A stretch of DNA of 64,000 nucleotides, from contig JAQFVV010000002.1 of the NCBI GenBank assembly GCA_028023455.1, positions 27,962,001-28,026,000 on the forward strand, in the 5' to 3' direction. Source of the stretch: Epiperipatus broadwayi (lineage: Eukaryota > Animalia > Onychophora). The position numbers and the translations under genes are program-made. Below the pieces are notes generated by a model. That model saw nothing but the letters and a program-made list of their open reading frames with translations, had not been told where the DNA came from and did no database searches. Shown in pieces: positions 26,525-39,390 of this stretch (positions are counted from its first letter, which is position 1; every line of letters starts with the position of its first letter).

Positions 26525-26629
26525 TTTCTTTTCCTTCTTCTCATGCATCATAGCATCAACCAGGAAGCGAACCCAGGACAACTGCTTGTAAAGCAGCTGT
26601 CACTGACCTCTCGACCACCAATGCTTGAC
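26525..26629 (-). mobile_element. tRNA-Gly-derived SINE
   Basis: Reverse complement of the SINE consensus; tatttatt on both flanks. Confidence 0.85.
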
Positions 26630-26650
26630 TATTTATTCATTATTAAAACA

Positions 26651-27120
26651 GTGACAAACTCCATTAAAGTAGTGCCACCCATAGTAATCAATGGATGCAA
26701 GAAGGTTTGTGCATTAAATCCCTATCTAGTGCCTATTCGTCCTAATGTCCCCAGACTAGTTTCTACATTGTGGCTTTCATCAGTGAGGAGCCTTGGATCC
26801 GAAAGCACTGCATCTACCCCTCCAGTAGTCACCTTTTACTTTTTTAGTTAATTGTAAAGCTACGAGTCCCAAGTGAATACAAATGTTTTCAATCCAAGCT
26901 CATCCATTCACTTGTATGAGTAAACAGATCTGAACCTAAACTAGTTTGGGTATATTGAATGAGTAGGCACTGAATAGGAATTTTATGCTCAAAACTTCTT
27001 GCATCCATGATTACTCTGATTTGCATTAGGTGGCACTACTGTATAGAATTTGCCATTGCTTTAACAGCTTGGGTAAGCATAGGAAATAGTGATCATGTGA
27101 TGTTTTTTCATGGTTTCTCA
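26651..27120. mobile_element. Family B fold-back with minus-strand hammerhead (26748-26789)
   Basis: Inverted arm holds the terminus, HHR and body; sense arm holds the HHR 3' half, terminus and tail. Stem II is disrupted in this copy. Confidence 0.85.
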
Positions 27121-27588
27121 ATATTATGCCCTGCGTTGGGCTGGCTATTTTTTCTATGATCTTTATTTCTTTCTTCAATCCTCCTACACCATCGTTCCGC
27201 TGCAAATCTTTGTCTTTTCTACAGATAAAATTAGGGTTAGCAGTAAATTAACAGAAAAGAGAATATACCAAGCTTAAAAAAATTCAAAAATACATTCTAC
27301 AATTGATTTCTTTCTTTTACATTTGAATTCGAAGGATGATGTTCACTTTGAATTAATTTGCATTTTAAATTTAATTTAATTCTTTCTTTTAAAAATAATC
27401 ACTTATTTTTTTGGAACACAATATAGTTTATCTCAACAAAAACAACATGTTGGTTATTATATTCTTATCTAATAATTAATTATATTAAACAATAAATTAG
27501 GTATTTAAATTAAAGCAGTTAAATAATTATTATCATTCCAAGTGACTTATAACTTTCTGTCAATTTCTTACAATTCTTCAGAAATGTA

Positions 27589-27698
27589 GTCAAGCATTGA
27601 TAGCCGAGAGGTCAGCGCAGCTGCCTTGCAAGCAAGTAGTTTCTTGCATACGATTGTCATGGGTTTGCTTTCCAGCCGATGCTTTGACATATGGAAAA
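27589..27698 (+). mobile_element. tRNA-Gly-derived SINE
   Basis: gtcaagcattgatagccgagaggtcagc...ccagccgatgctttgac plus A tail. Confidence 0.85.
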
Positions 27699-27869
27699 AA
27701 ATACTTCCTGATTAAAATGACAGAAAATTGTAATTCAAATAGTTTGATAATCTCTATTAGATTGGCAGAAATAATTAATTAATTTTTCGAGATGTATTCA
27801 TCATAAAATGATATAATAGAAAGTTTTTATTTGAAAACTATATAATTTAGTATCTACTAATTATAAATG

Positions 27870-28004
27870 GTTTGCTTAAACATTTCGAATGTTAGCTAAG
27901 TAAAAGTTTATTCCTTATATTAATTTTGCTAACTGTAGATGAGTGCGCTTTCGGCTCGTGATGCCAGATTATACTTAGCTATCATTCAAATTGTTTAAGC
28001 AAAC
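27870..28004. repeat. Short fold-back enclosing the 3' half of a hammerhead
   Basis: Arms 27870-27902 and 27972-28004. Minus strand ggc(atcacga)gcc-GAAA-gcgc at 27944-27965. Confidence 0.6.
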
Positions 28005-31000
28005 TAATTACAAATAAAATAAGGAAAAGGAGAATAAACTGAGTATCTATTAATATGTTAACACTAAAAAATTTTCAGTTACTTATGTCGGTGCCAAATT
28101 GAAATGGAAATCATTGCAATTCTCAATGAGCGAATCAAACATCAATTAAACTATGAAAAGAATAGAAGGATTTCATTTAGCTTTGGTGGTATCATTCTAC
28201 TGTTTCATAGTTTATTGATGTTTAACTATTGGTATTATACTGGTCAAAACATGTTTATCCATCTAACATGAGCTGGAACTCACAAAATGTACTTCAAACC
28301 CAGTCAAGCCCAAGATTTAGGTCAAGGGCCAGCCTTTATTTGAACCCACTCTCTAAGCCCCAGATCAAACACCTAATGGATAACATAACAGTGATGGCAC
28401 ATGAGAATTAATTTTAATCCGGCCCACTAGCAAAGTGTGAGAAGACAATGAGACATCTATTAACTATGACTAAACTAAAATATATATAAGCATGACTGTA
28501 CTATTGGAAGTGGAGAAAAAGAGGAATTCGAACTACTCAAACAAGTTAGACAATAAAATATAGTTTAATATAATGACAAATTATTATACATTATGACTTA
28601 GTTAATTGCATACTGTGCGTGAATGAGCAAGCGGTAGACGATTACATAGTGTCATTCATGCTATTATTTCTCATATGCTCTTTATTAGCTAAATTATATA
28701 TTATAAATAAGCACACATCTTTGGTGGGTCCAATATTAAAATGCCAATCAACTATTAGAAAGAATTACATAATATTGCCATTAATGCTTTGATTTACGGT
28801 TCTGAAACATGGTGACTAACATTATTACTTCAGGGAGCATTCTGAGATTCATTACAGATATAATACAAACTATTTTCATGCCATTACGGTCGCGAAAATA
28901 AATAAAATACATTTGAAAACATATTTGATTATATGACAAAATACTTAATGAAACTTCTTTTAATTAGCGCTGGTAAAGAAGAACGCTTATTTTCCCCAAG
29001 GCATATAGATACTATTAAATACAGAAATAAGTTACGATGGTGGGATTGTATAAGACTGAAATAAATTTAATTAATAAAACTAGAAGTAGTTGGCATTTAT
29101 ATATATATTGAGCAGAGCGCAATTTTAATATTAGAGCATTAAAACTGAGTCACGAAGCAAAAGAAATAATAATACAAAGAAGTTTGCGGTGCTGACATAA
29201 TAGCCAAGAAATAACAGGAAAAGTCGTGCTTCTGGATGAAAACGAAATGGATAGGCATGCCGTGGTCATCGCTGATATGCAGGCCTTTGATATGAAGAGT
29301 GGATAGGCACAGCGGGTGCCAGACTTAGGGAATCACCACCAGAGGCCTTTTTACACGAAGAAAGTGGATATGCATAGCATGTGCCAAACTTATGGGAATC
29401 ACCGCCAGAGGCATTTTATACGAACTAAATGTGGTTTCGGATAGCTCAACTATCTATGAAACGAGATACAAGAAGAAATCTATGGGTTCGAACTTGTCGC
29501 AACCCCCAGATTAGAAGACTAGAAGCATGTAATATATATATATTTGAAGATAGGCCAAATGTCAGTAACGCAGTATGGGTAAATGTCACTAACGACATTA
29601 AAAAAGATTTACTGCTTTAAAAATAAATGACCTTAGTTTGAATGCCATAATTTATATAAATAATATGCTATGCCGCTATAATATATATATATATAGAGGG
29701 AAGATTTCATTTAATAAAATATACATGAAGATTTTATTTAGTAAAAGACACATTAAGATTTACCCTCTTCCCTTTTCTGCTATTTAAAATAAATCAATCC
29801 CACCTTCGTTGATTTTATAATAACGAATATTTAAGTACTGTATTTGATATTTCAAGAGTATGGAACAAAATATAACTAGCAGTTATATATAGAAAACAAT
29901 TAAGTCACCCTTTCAGAAATGAATAAATAATATTTTAAAATTTCAAAGCGTTAATTAGCCTAAGTTCTGGATTCACCCTGGGTAAAAAATCCAGAGTTAA
30001 ACAAATATATTTTTTTATACTAAAACATAAATAAAATGTTTACTCATAAAAACAATCTGGTGAACAAACATGATATAATATATTTTGAAGGAATGTTAAA
30101 ACCTTAATTAATGGAGATTAAATTGAAAGACAAAACGGATTTTAGAAATTACGTTCACCAAGTTGCTGGAAATTGGCATATTAATAACAAGCAAGCAGAT
30201 ATATAAATTAAATAATACATATAAATAAATGACTGCACCAAAATTAAGGAAAGTTAAGACCATATGAGATAAAATTAAATATATAGACATCATTTAAAAG
30301 CAAATACAAATTAGAAAAGTTACAAAATTAAATTATACATTAAGAGAAATTGATAGTAGAGTTTGAGACTAGTTAGGCAAGCTAGATTTAGTTTCAATGG
30401 TGGCGGTTTGAAATAATTTATCTTGCACCATTTTAAGAGTCCATATTAAAAAGTCCAACTTGTGCATGGCAGTTCTTATGTGACAGCAAGCTTCTATTTA
30501 GTACTCCAGAATTCTCCATTGGACTTTTACTTCATTTCATGGGAGCATAATGACGCGGTGGTGGAAGATGATGACCCAACAAGGCCAAGAAAGGTGGCGG
30601 ATTTACTACTACATCATTTTAAGTTTCAAGAGATGTGTAATGTTTACAATACCGTTCTCTCAATAGTAGCTAATCTGTCTCTTGATTAAAATTTTGGCCA
30701 TTTTATACTTTGCCCACGTATTTGAAGAATGCTTTTAATTACATAGTTTTAGCTTAAACTCTAATCTCTGATCTAAAATCTTAAGTTTCCTTTGTTCATT
30801 GTTTTTGAAAGATGCAACTGTAAGATAATGTCCAAAATAAATTCAAATCTATTTCCAGATTAGAAATAGATTTGACAAAATGTTTATAACAAAAGACAAT
30901 CTTTAATCTTAATCTCATTTTAAGTAAAAACTTTAATTAAAATACCTTCCCCAGATTAAAACAATAGTGTTTCCAACACTTTAATTATTTTTACACTATT

Positions 31001-31649
31001 CGGTCGCACCTTCCATCTTGGAATTTATAAAAAGATACAGTTTAATAGAAAAAGTACTTTAAAAAGAAAAAGTTTAAAAAATGACGTATAATAAATTATT
31101 TACAAAAAATCAATATTTCGTTAGTATGTTTTTGCTCCTATATATATATTTGAGTTGCACCTATAATACTTTAATAAAAAGAAACTAATAATTAATAAAA
31201 AAGAATTAATAATAATTTTAAAAAATTTATTGAAACATTAAAATTTTATAACTTAAGCGCGCATCTCAAATATATACATAAAATATATATACATGATAAA
31301 AGGAGCAGGATGGGAAATAGGGTTTGAATACAGGTTAGTAGATGGAACTATGAAGCTCAATCTTAAGCTAAGATTGACTGCTTCAGTATAGGCATAGCTG
31401 ATTTGGAGTTGCAGCTACTTCCGTTTTGATTTCATATTGCTAGGCTATGTTTATTTACGTTGATATGTACATATATTTATAAAACCAAAATGGTTACTAA
31501 AATTTTAAGATGCATTGAATATTAATAAAGAAAATCTATACCAGCTCAAGTGAAAATAAATGTAAATATTTATAATGAGTAGAAGACCTTTTTTGCATTA
31601 TCCAGTTTTCTTTTTTAAAAATCAAGATTTAATGCTGATAGGATCTATT

Positions 31650-32000
31650 ATCATCATTTTCAAACATTCCAAACACATTTGAGAATAAAGATCTCTGTAA
31701 ATTAACTTTAAGGTTTCTTAACCAAAGCCTTCTGTACTGCTCTACGATCCGTTTATATCACGTGGTCTATTTTTAAATTTTTTTAAATCTCTTGGAATCC
31801 AGTTTAGGATTTCAGTTATCTATCTATTTTTACCTCTTCTAGAAATATGTCCGTCTCACTTCCATTCTAATCTCTTAATTCTTTCAACAATATTAATGAT
31901 ATCTGTCCATTCTTTTAACATTTCGTGTGATCTGCAATCTCTATTGTTCCTATTAAATACTCATATCGTTGTGATTTACACTAGAACACATTCGTTAATA
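31650..32000 (-). mobile_element. RTE-clade LINE 3' fragment
   Basis: DIINIVERIKRLEWK*DGHISRR..TEILNWIPRD; same family as 11430. Confidence 0.7.
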
Positions 32001-32324
32001 ATTTTTCATGTAAAAAATATTTTCTTTCAACATTGTTTATTTTTTTGTTTCTTAATTAAATGTTTGCTGCAAAAGTGATATGAAATATTTGGGAGACAAA
32101 AAGTATCTTTGATGATTATAGCAATGTCAATCTTCATAATATCACTAGATAATCTAATCTTGGATGTTTCATTTTGATATTTAAGAAATGAAAATTATTT
32201 AAGTCATTTATATTTTGCGAGTGACATAATTGCCTTTGTATCAATGTTTGAGTCACAGCAAATGTTAAAAAAAGAAACTACTAGAGTAAGATGGAGGATA
32301 GAGAAAGTTGAAAGAATAGAATAA

Positions 32325-32364
32325 GATCTGATGAAGACTGCATGGTACAGTCAAAACTGTAATC
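32325..32364 (+). ncRNA. Degenerate hammerhead motif (family E)
   Basis: gat-CTGATGA-a-gactg(catggta)cagtc-AAAA-ctgta-atc; G12 is changed to A. Confidence 0.6.
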
Positions 32365-32699
32365 AATAATAAAAGTTTTTTGCTGAAAAGTGAAAGCGTA
32401 TAAGATTTTTGAACTTCAATATTATAAAAAAAAGTAACTATTGAAAAGACTAAAGTAAGTTTTCAGAAAAGGAGAAAATATAAAATAGATTTCAAAATAA
32501 TTGAAAATTGTACAGCTTGGGAGTTCGTAAAAAGTTAGCACACAAAAAGAGCAAACTCTGGACCATGATTAATGAACTTGAGCTCCAGAGAATATCCCTG
32601 CACCAAACCATGCATGATAAAAATAATGAATTAGAGGCTAACCTTGGATAAATTTTTAATATGGATAAAAACAAATTCTTAAAATTAAACTTCAGCAGA

Positions 32700-33260
32700 A
32701 ACAACAACAACCAAAAAGGTTAATGATTTATTAAAGCTTATTGCAAGAAAAAATAAAGCCATATATCACATGACTTAATTTAACAAGCTTGTACTACAAA
32801 TGTTATATAATGATGCATGCTAATAACTGTTAACAAGTTTTTCTGAATATCCCTATCTTCAGACTGGTTTCTAGCTCTGACTGTTGTCAGTGAGGTCAAG
32901 CCCCAGCATTTATCTAATAGTTACCTATTAAGTAAAAAAATCTTGCATTTTCAGACATCCATATGTCTTCAAATCTAGGTATCTAACTTAAATAGCCATA
33001 TGGGACTGAACTAAGTTCAGATACACCATATATTAATAGCTTTAGCAATATAAAATCGCCAAAGCCTCAAGAGCAAAACAATAATTGCAATGAAATTAAG
33101 TCATATGTCATGTGACTTAATTTAGTAAGCTTGTACTACAAATGTAATGTAATGAGCTAATAACACTTAACAAGCTTTTCCGAATATCCCTATTCTCAGA
33201 CCGGTTTATACTTAATATAGGTAATTATTCGATAAATGCTGGAGCATGGCCTGGTATTTT
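32700..33260 (-). mobile_element. Family C tandem repeat (~337-nt period) with hammerhead remnants
   Basis: gaatatccctat at 32845 and 33182. HHR remnant at 32857-32895 and a half-HHR at 33194-33207. Reverse complement of the 42545-43105 family. Confidence 0.75.
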
Positions 33261-34016
33261 TAAATCTAGCGCATACTCATTATATAATATTAAAGCTTAT
33301 TTATGAATATGAGATTTTGTTACGTAATCTGCAGACAATCATGAATTGGATTGATAATAAATGAAAATGATAATAATAAATTCGAAGTTAATTATTAGTA
33401 TTTTTTTCAATATTGTAAATTGACACAAGAATTTCTTTCATCTCAACTAGAACAAGAAATTTCAATCAATATCCTCAAAACATGCATTTCTCTTTCCCTC
33501 ATATTTTATTTAGAACGGGGGGGGGGGTAAAATTCAATGGAATTGAGATGACGGATAAAAGCATATGGCAATTTTATATCTATTATTTTAATGAGGGGTG
33601 TAATAACTCTTTGTTCAATCCAGTTATTTCCCCACCTCTCTTTTTAATTAGGTTAAAAGAGAGGTTTTAACATATTCACTCATCATTTAGGAATTCTCTT
33701 GTAGGAAATAGCTTTGAGGATTAATTGCAACTTTTATTAATCAAAAGTTCTCTGGACAAACTGCCAGAATATTTTAATATAATTATTTTTCACGCTGTAA
33801 ACAGTCAAACAACATCAAGCTGTTCCTCCATCTCACTTACTTCAATATCCACAGGATGACAAATGTAAATTATATCCTCCCGTCACCTACTTTAATTTTT
33901 AATAAGTTTCAAGTAAAGTTAAATTTTTTTTAAAAACTAAGAAGTCTCTTTTTTTATTTTTTAGAGATATATTATTTAAATGCATATACTTGGAGTTTAA
34001 ATGTAATACAGGGGAT

Positions 34017-34390
34017 TTGAACAGACTTTCACGCTTCCTTCAGCTATCCACTCTATCTCAAACAACCGATACACATGACCACACACGTGAAAAAGATAAA
34101 TGATCTCCAATATAGGTATTTCATGCTGAATTAGCACTCATCAGTTGGCCCAGACCATCATTTCCCACACACATATATATAATAGTGCTCAGTTTATATT
34201 AAGGTAGATTGAAGCCTGTCCAGTGTTATCTTAATATAAACCGAGCACTGATTATATAGATACGTATGGGAGATGATCTGGACCAACTGATGAGTGCTGG
34301 TCCAGCACGAATGTGTGGTCATATGTATAGGTTATATTAGATAGACTGGATGACGAAAGGGAACTTGAAAGTCTGAGTTCAAATCTTCTA
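34017..34390. mobile_element. Family D fold-back with a hammerhead in each arm
   Basis: Arms ~34017-34205 and ~34227-34390. Minus HHR at 34107-34148 has an intact core; plus HHR at 34283-34311 is truncated after GAA. Confidence 0.85.
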
Positions 34391-34779
34391 TATTATATAT
34401 ATGGAGATAAAGATTAATTGCCCAGAAGTTCATAAAAAGTTCGAGTACAGAAAGTGAAAGAGCTAGATCGTACCTGGACCTTGAACTCCAATCTATTGCT
34501 TTACTACTGCCCCCCCCCCATCATATAAGGCATTGTTAACAATATTGATCATAAGAATGACATTTAATTAATTTACCTATTTAATATGCAAAGCAGTAAA
34601 ATTAACATACATAATTATACATATGATTTAAGCTATATTACAATCTTTCTGTTAAATTGATCATAATTATGCAATTTTGAATTTTATTTTAAAATTATTT
34701 GTAAGAATCACAATTCCAAATGTTGATTGAAAAATAGACATTTAGCAAATTAATAATAAATGAGTTGTTAATATAGTGT

Positions 34780-35771
34780 AAAATCTACCTACTTGGAGGC
34801 GCATAGTACTTATCAATGAATATAACATATGGTAACGATGCATTATGTGTTAGTAAAGGGGTATTAGATTACTTGGAAAATGTACAAAAAGAAGTAGGAA
34901 GACATGCGTTAGATGCAGATGTGTGCATGGCAAAAGAGGCAATTCAATGAGAAATGGGATGGTAATGTTTTTATATGAGGGATACAAAAAGCAAAATGAA
35001 ATTGTTCAGTAGATTGCAGTTTATGCATAATAAAAGAATAGCCAAAACTGTATTTAATTGGGTTATGAATAAAGGGAAGGTATCAAGATGGGTGAGGAAG
35101 GTAATGCAATATGCAGAAGGTTTGGATAAAGAAGTTATGTCAGTATACTTGTACAAAAGGTGGGATGATTGTGTTAGGAGAAATGCGTGTTATAGTGATA
35201 AGGAGTGGGATAGAAGAATAGATGCATTAATAAAGAATAGGGAGTTGGAGAAATAGTATGGAGAGTAAAAAGAGTTTAAATATATGTAGAAGTAAATGGA
35301 ATGAATATTAGGTGCAAGTTAATTTATGATAATAGCAAGAAAAGTAATTTACTGTTTAAGGCTGGAATGGGATCTTTAGCAACAGGGGATTATACACGTA
35401 AATGGAAAAATGTGAGTGATTTAGTGTGCAAGTTGTGTAAGGAAGGCATAGAAAATATTAGGCATCTGTAAATGCCTGAAAGGAGAAAGAATACAAATAA
35501 TAAAGTTGTGGAAGAATAAATATAAGGAAAATGATTATACAAAAAGTGGGATGTTGATTTTTATGCTGGGTTTGGGAAATGATAAGGAGGAGTTAGATAT
35601 AAAAACTGTGGAGTCAAAGATTATGTTATGGAAATAGGATGAAGCAGGATATGGGAAAACTTAGGGTGGGGAATGGAAATGGAAGGTATAGTGACTAACA
35701 GGTTTCTCTGAGCATTGTTGCTGAGAGAATCCTGACTCCGTATAAGGAGAAGTCACAGTACACCACATCAC
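34780..35771 (+). mobile_element. Non-LTR retrotransposon 3' fragment (clade uncertain) with CCHC-like finger and 3' stem-loop
   Basis: ITYG..LENVQKEVGRHAL..EMGW, LLFKAG.GSLAT and VCKLCKEGIENIRHL. Homologous copy on minus at 58224-58850. Confidence 0.75.
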
Positions 35772-36150
35772 ATATATAAATGAATATACCAAACTTCTTT
35801 TTAAAACTTGATTTTTATATGACCATTATAAAAATATAATTACACATCAACATTTTGAAGTATTTTATAATATAGTATTCATTTATACATACTGAAAGTT
35901 ATTAACTATTTTTGAAAAGAAAACTGTAGATGATATTTTAAATTCGTTATTTATTAATGAGTAAAAGCACTCATTGATAAAAAAAAATGTCTCCATTTAT
36001 TCTACATTACAACTGTATATTACATAAAACGAATAAAATAATCTATTTTACAATTAAAAATGAGTATTAAATAAAATAAAGCAAAAAATAATCTATACAC
36101 AAATTTGTATAAAGGACATTATAAATTCAAGAATAAACATGGATGTTTCA

Positions 36151-36247
36151 GTCAAGCGTTGGTGGCCAAGTGGTTAAGCACAGCTGCCTTACAAGCAGTT
36201 CTCTCAGGGTTCACTTCCTGGCTGATGCTTTGACACATAAAAAAAAA
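36151..36247 (+). mobile_element. tRNA-Gly-derived SINE with 9-bp TSD
   Basis: Closest to tRNA-Gly(TCC): gcgttggtgg..gctgccttacaagcagtt. gatgtttca at 36142-36150 and 36248-36256. Confidence 0.9.
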
Positions 36248-36471
36248 GATGTTTCAAATGGATTTGTGATTCAGTGTATATTTTATTTATCACCGATATA
36301 TTTTTTGTTAAGTAATAGATAAATACATTATTTTTATTGCAAAATATTAGTGATTTTATTTAATATATTTTTGTATCCATATATTCAAGAAAAAATGTGG
36401 GCAATTTATTTTCTACCAATTAGTTTTTCATTGGCTCAATGGTGTTAAGTACATCCATCAGCTGGATAGAC

Positions 36472-36997
36472 TAGGCCAGTCAACCTTTTAACACCAGCGG
36501 ACCAGTAAAAATAAGGATAAGGTTTGCGGACCGGCAAAAATAAGGATAAGGTTTCGCAGATGGCAGAAGTCTATAGATAAATTTTCTTAAAGATGTAAAC
36601 TGCTTAGCCTTAGATGAGCATAATTGTTATAACTGATCAAAACAACAATGTTAAATATACAAGATGAAGTTATATTTATAAGGAGTTTGTATATTAAAAA
36701 ACTTTTTTTTTTTAATTCTGAATTTTTTTAGAAAAGTAATAAAAATTTTAATTCTGTCCCCCCCCCCCCATAAACATCTGTGATAACTAGAAAAAACAAA
36801 TTAATTTATGTATGATTGATTAGTTTTAGTTCTGTTTCTTTTTTTTTTAATTGGGTAAAAATGAGATGAAAAAATAAATAAAAATTGTTTATATTAATTA
36901 AAAGTTTAAACTCTTATTATTTGTTATTACAAACTTTCCTCCCAGTCTAGCACTGACCAGCAGAAAAGTTCTGCAGGCCAAGGGTTGAAGACCACTG
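36472..36997. mobile_element. Probable hAT-family MITE
   Basis: Right end gggttgaagaccactg, degenerate left end taggccagtcaacc, imperfect TSD ggatagac / gaataggc, and subterminal tandem aaaaataaggataaggttt. Confidence 0.5.
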
Positions 36998-37189
36998 GAA
37001 TAGGCTATATTAGTATTAAAAAAATTGCTTTATTAGTAAATAAAATTAAGACCTAGAACTAATTTAGTTTTTGCCAAAATCCTAGTTAAGTACATTATGG
37101 ATTTCTTAAATTAATTGATAGAAAATGTTTCTTCTTCTTCTTTTTTTTTTTTTGATAAATAAATACAATGCTTATTTTGTTTGCTTTAT

Positions 37190-37462
37190 TTAAAAGCAAT
37201 GTATGGGTAAAAGAACAAACATGTGTTACTGACTTCATTGAAAAAATTAAAAGACTGAGTGGAGTTGGGATGGACAATTGAAATCTTAAACTGGATTCCA
37301 AGAGATTGTAAAAGACCCAGAAAGAGACCACATGTGAGATGGATGAATGAAAGAAGAAAGTGTGTAGGGGTGATGTGGAGAAGAAAAGCTAAAGATCGGA
37401 GCTGGATTGAACTTGGAGAGGCCTTCATCCTGCAGTGGACTGATAATGGTTGATGATGATTA
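37190..37462 (+). mobile_element. RTE-clade LINE 3' end
   Basis: ILNWIPRDCKRPRKRPHVRW..GEAFILQW*, then a (tga)n tail. Confidence 0.85.
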
Positions 37463-37653
37463 ATTCCTTTAAAATCAGTTATTGACATTTGTTGTTCTAC
37501 TAGAGTAATCAGATATTTTCTAATCATTAGCCGTTAAGCTATAAACTAATGATATAGTCTCAAGCATGAATGTGAAATTCCTAGGAGTTTGTTTTATCAT
37601 GAATCTAAGAAAGCTACAAGTATTAGACTTACCTGTCTAAATTATAAGCTACG

Positions 37654-37765
37654 AATTAGATGTGATATGTTGGACTATTTCCATCATTTATGAGTGAATG
37701 TTGAATGTATAGAAAATTTTTAAACTTGTAGATGATAGAAATAGTCCAACATATCACATCTAATT
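37654..37765. repeat. Short fold-back
   Basis: aattagatgtgatatgttggactatttc / gaaatagtccaacatatcacatctaatt. Confidence 0.85.
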
Positions 37766-39061
37766 ATATACCATCATCACAAGGCAAATAAGCTATGAAT
37801 ATTAATACAAAAAATCACTGCAAGATTGTAAAGTTAATTAGAAGTTACAAAGACAAAAACCTAAATTCAAACTACATGTTGAGAAAACTATCCGAAGAGG
37901 CTAGTTCCCAAAGGATTCCATAAATTATTTATGTTACATGGTATAACCAAGTTTACGATTAACTTAAGTGAAGCATGAGAGCAAAGCTTTCATAAAATTA
38001 AGTATTATTGATAATAAAATATCCTTACGAACTGATTGTTAACCATGTAAGAAAAAAGCTCTATATTTCATATATTTTATAACAATTATTATTTTATAAT
38101 TACAACGTTTAAGATATCACTTTGGTAAAATTATTTTTATTATATGTATTTGTGCCATTCTTTATTCATTTACCTAAACAATATGTTCTATTCTTTGAAT
38201 AAAAAGCACTAAAATCAAAATATCTTTTACCATAATAGACTAATTTATTTTATGAATACATACATTTTAAAAAGAAAATTAATCTTAGCGAAAATAGTAT
38301 ATGGATTACTGTTTGCCCTTATAAAGACATTTTGACAGATATTGTTTATAATTTCATAGCAGAATATTTTGTGAATAGACAATTTGTGTATGTGTGATTA
38401 TTATTCTATAAATGTTCTTTTTAGTTAATTGTGGTTCTTTGTTCTCTGACCAATATAACTATTTGATAATATCTATGATCCCATGGTTCTGTTTGTACCT
38501 ACAACTGAGTTTAAATTCAGGCCAGGTAAAATTTGAAAACTTCATGTTCCAATCAAATTCAGAAAGGATAATAAAGGAAAGAATAACATCTATATTATTT
38601 CAATATAAACCAATAAAATTGTTACTTGCGTGACTATATACAGCATTCCGAGACGAAAAATGATTGCTGGCTTATTGTAAAATTTATTTATAAATTTTAT
38701 TTTATTTTTTTAAATGTGATCAGCATACAGAGCTCAAAAATGGAAAGATGATTACAAGTATTATTAACATTTTTCTAAAATAGCATATAATTAAAGTCAT
38801 ATATATTTATACAGCGTAATCCGTGGCTTCACTATATATACATGCAATTACAATTATGAGATAATTTATAAAGATCTAATATCATGTCTGCATAGCGTAT
38901 TAATATTATATAATTACTACTGTAGATTAGATTAAAACCAGTTTTAAATATGTGTTTAGTTTAGGTATTTGCAAACTTAAAACATTTGATTTATACCAAA
39001 TAATCAATTGAGCAAAGATTTAAGAAGTATTTTTCCACTTCAGAAGCTCTAGGAATAAAAC

Positions 39062-39278
39062 AGAGGCTAAACTCTCTATACTGTAGTGCCATTCAGTGCA
39101 AGTCAAAGTAATTAATAGATGCAGAAATATTTGTACATAAAATCCCTATCTAGTGCCTACTCTTCCAATATCCCCAGACTAGTGTCTAGCTTGTGGCTTT
39201 CATCAGTGAGGAGTCTTGGATTTGAGATCACGGCACTAGATTGTAGGATCTAATGTATGGAGAGTTTAGCCTCTGTGT
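39062..39278. mobile_element. Family B fold-back with minus-strand hammerhead (39171-39212; GAAA changed to GACA)
   Basis: agaggctaaactctc at the left end and ggagagtttagcctct at the right end. Confidence 0.85.
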
Positions 39279-39390
39279 AATAAAAAAATGGTAGTCATCA
39301 TTTGCATGTATATAATGTGAGACATTTAAAGGTTGTAATGCAAGAAATTAAATTTTGTTAATTTTACTTTCTTTTGGTGCATAGTGAATA

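Noticed and set aside
30108-30293. Hydrophobic minus-strand ORF as CNIH4 exon 3
   Set aside because: Only superficial similarity and no fitting splice sites; the true exon 3 is at 51664-51776.
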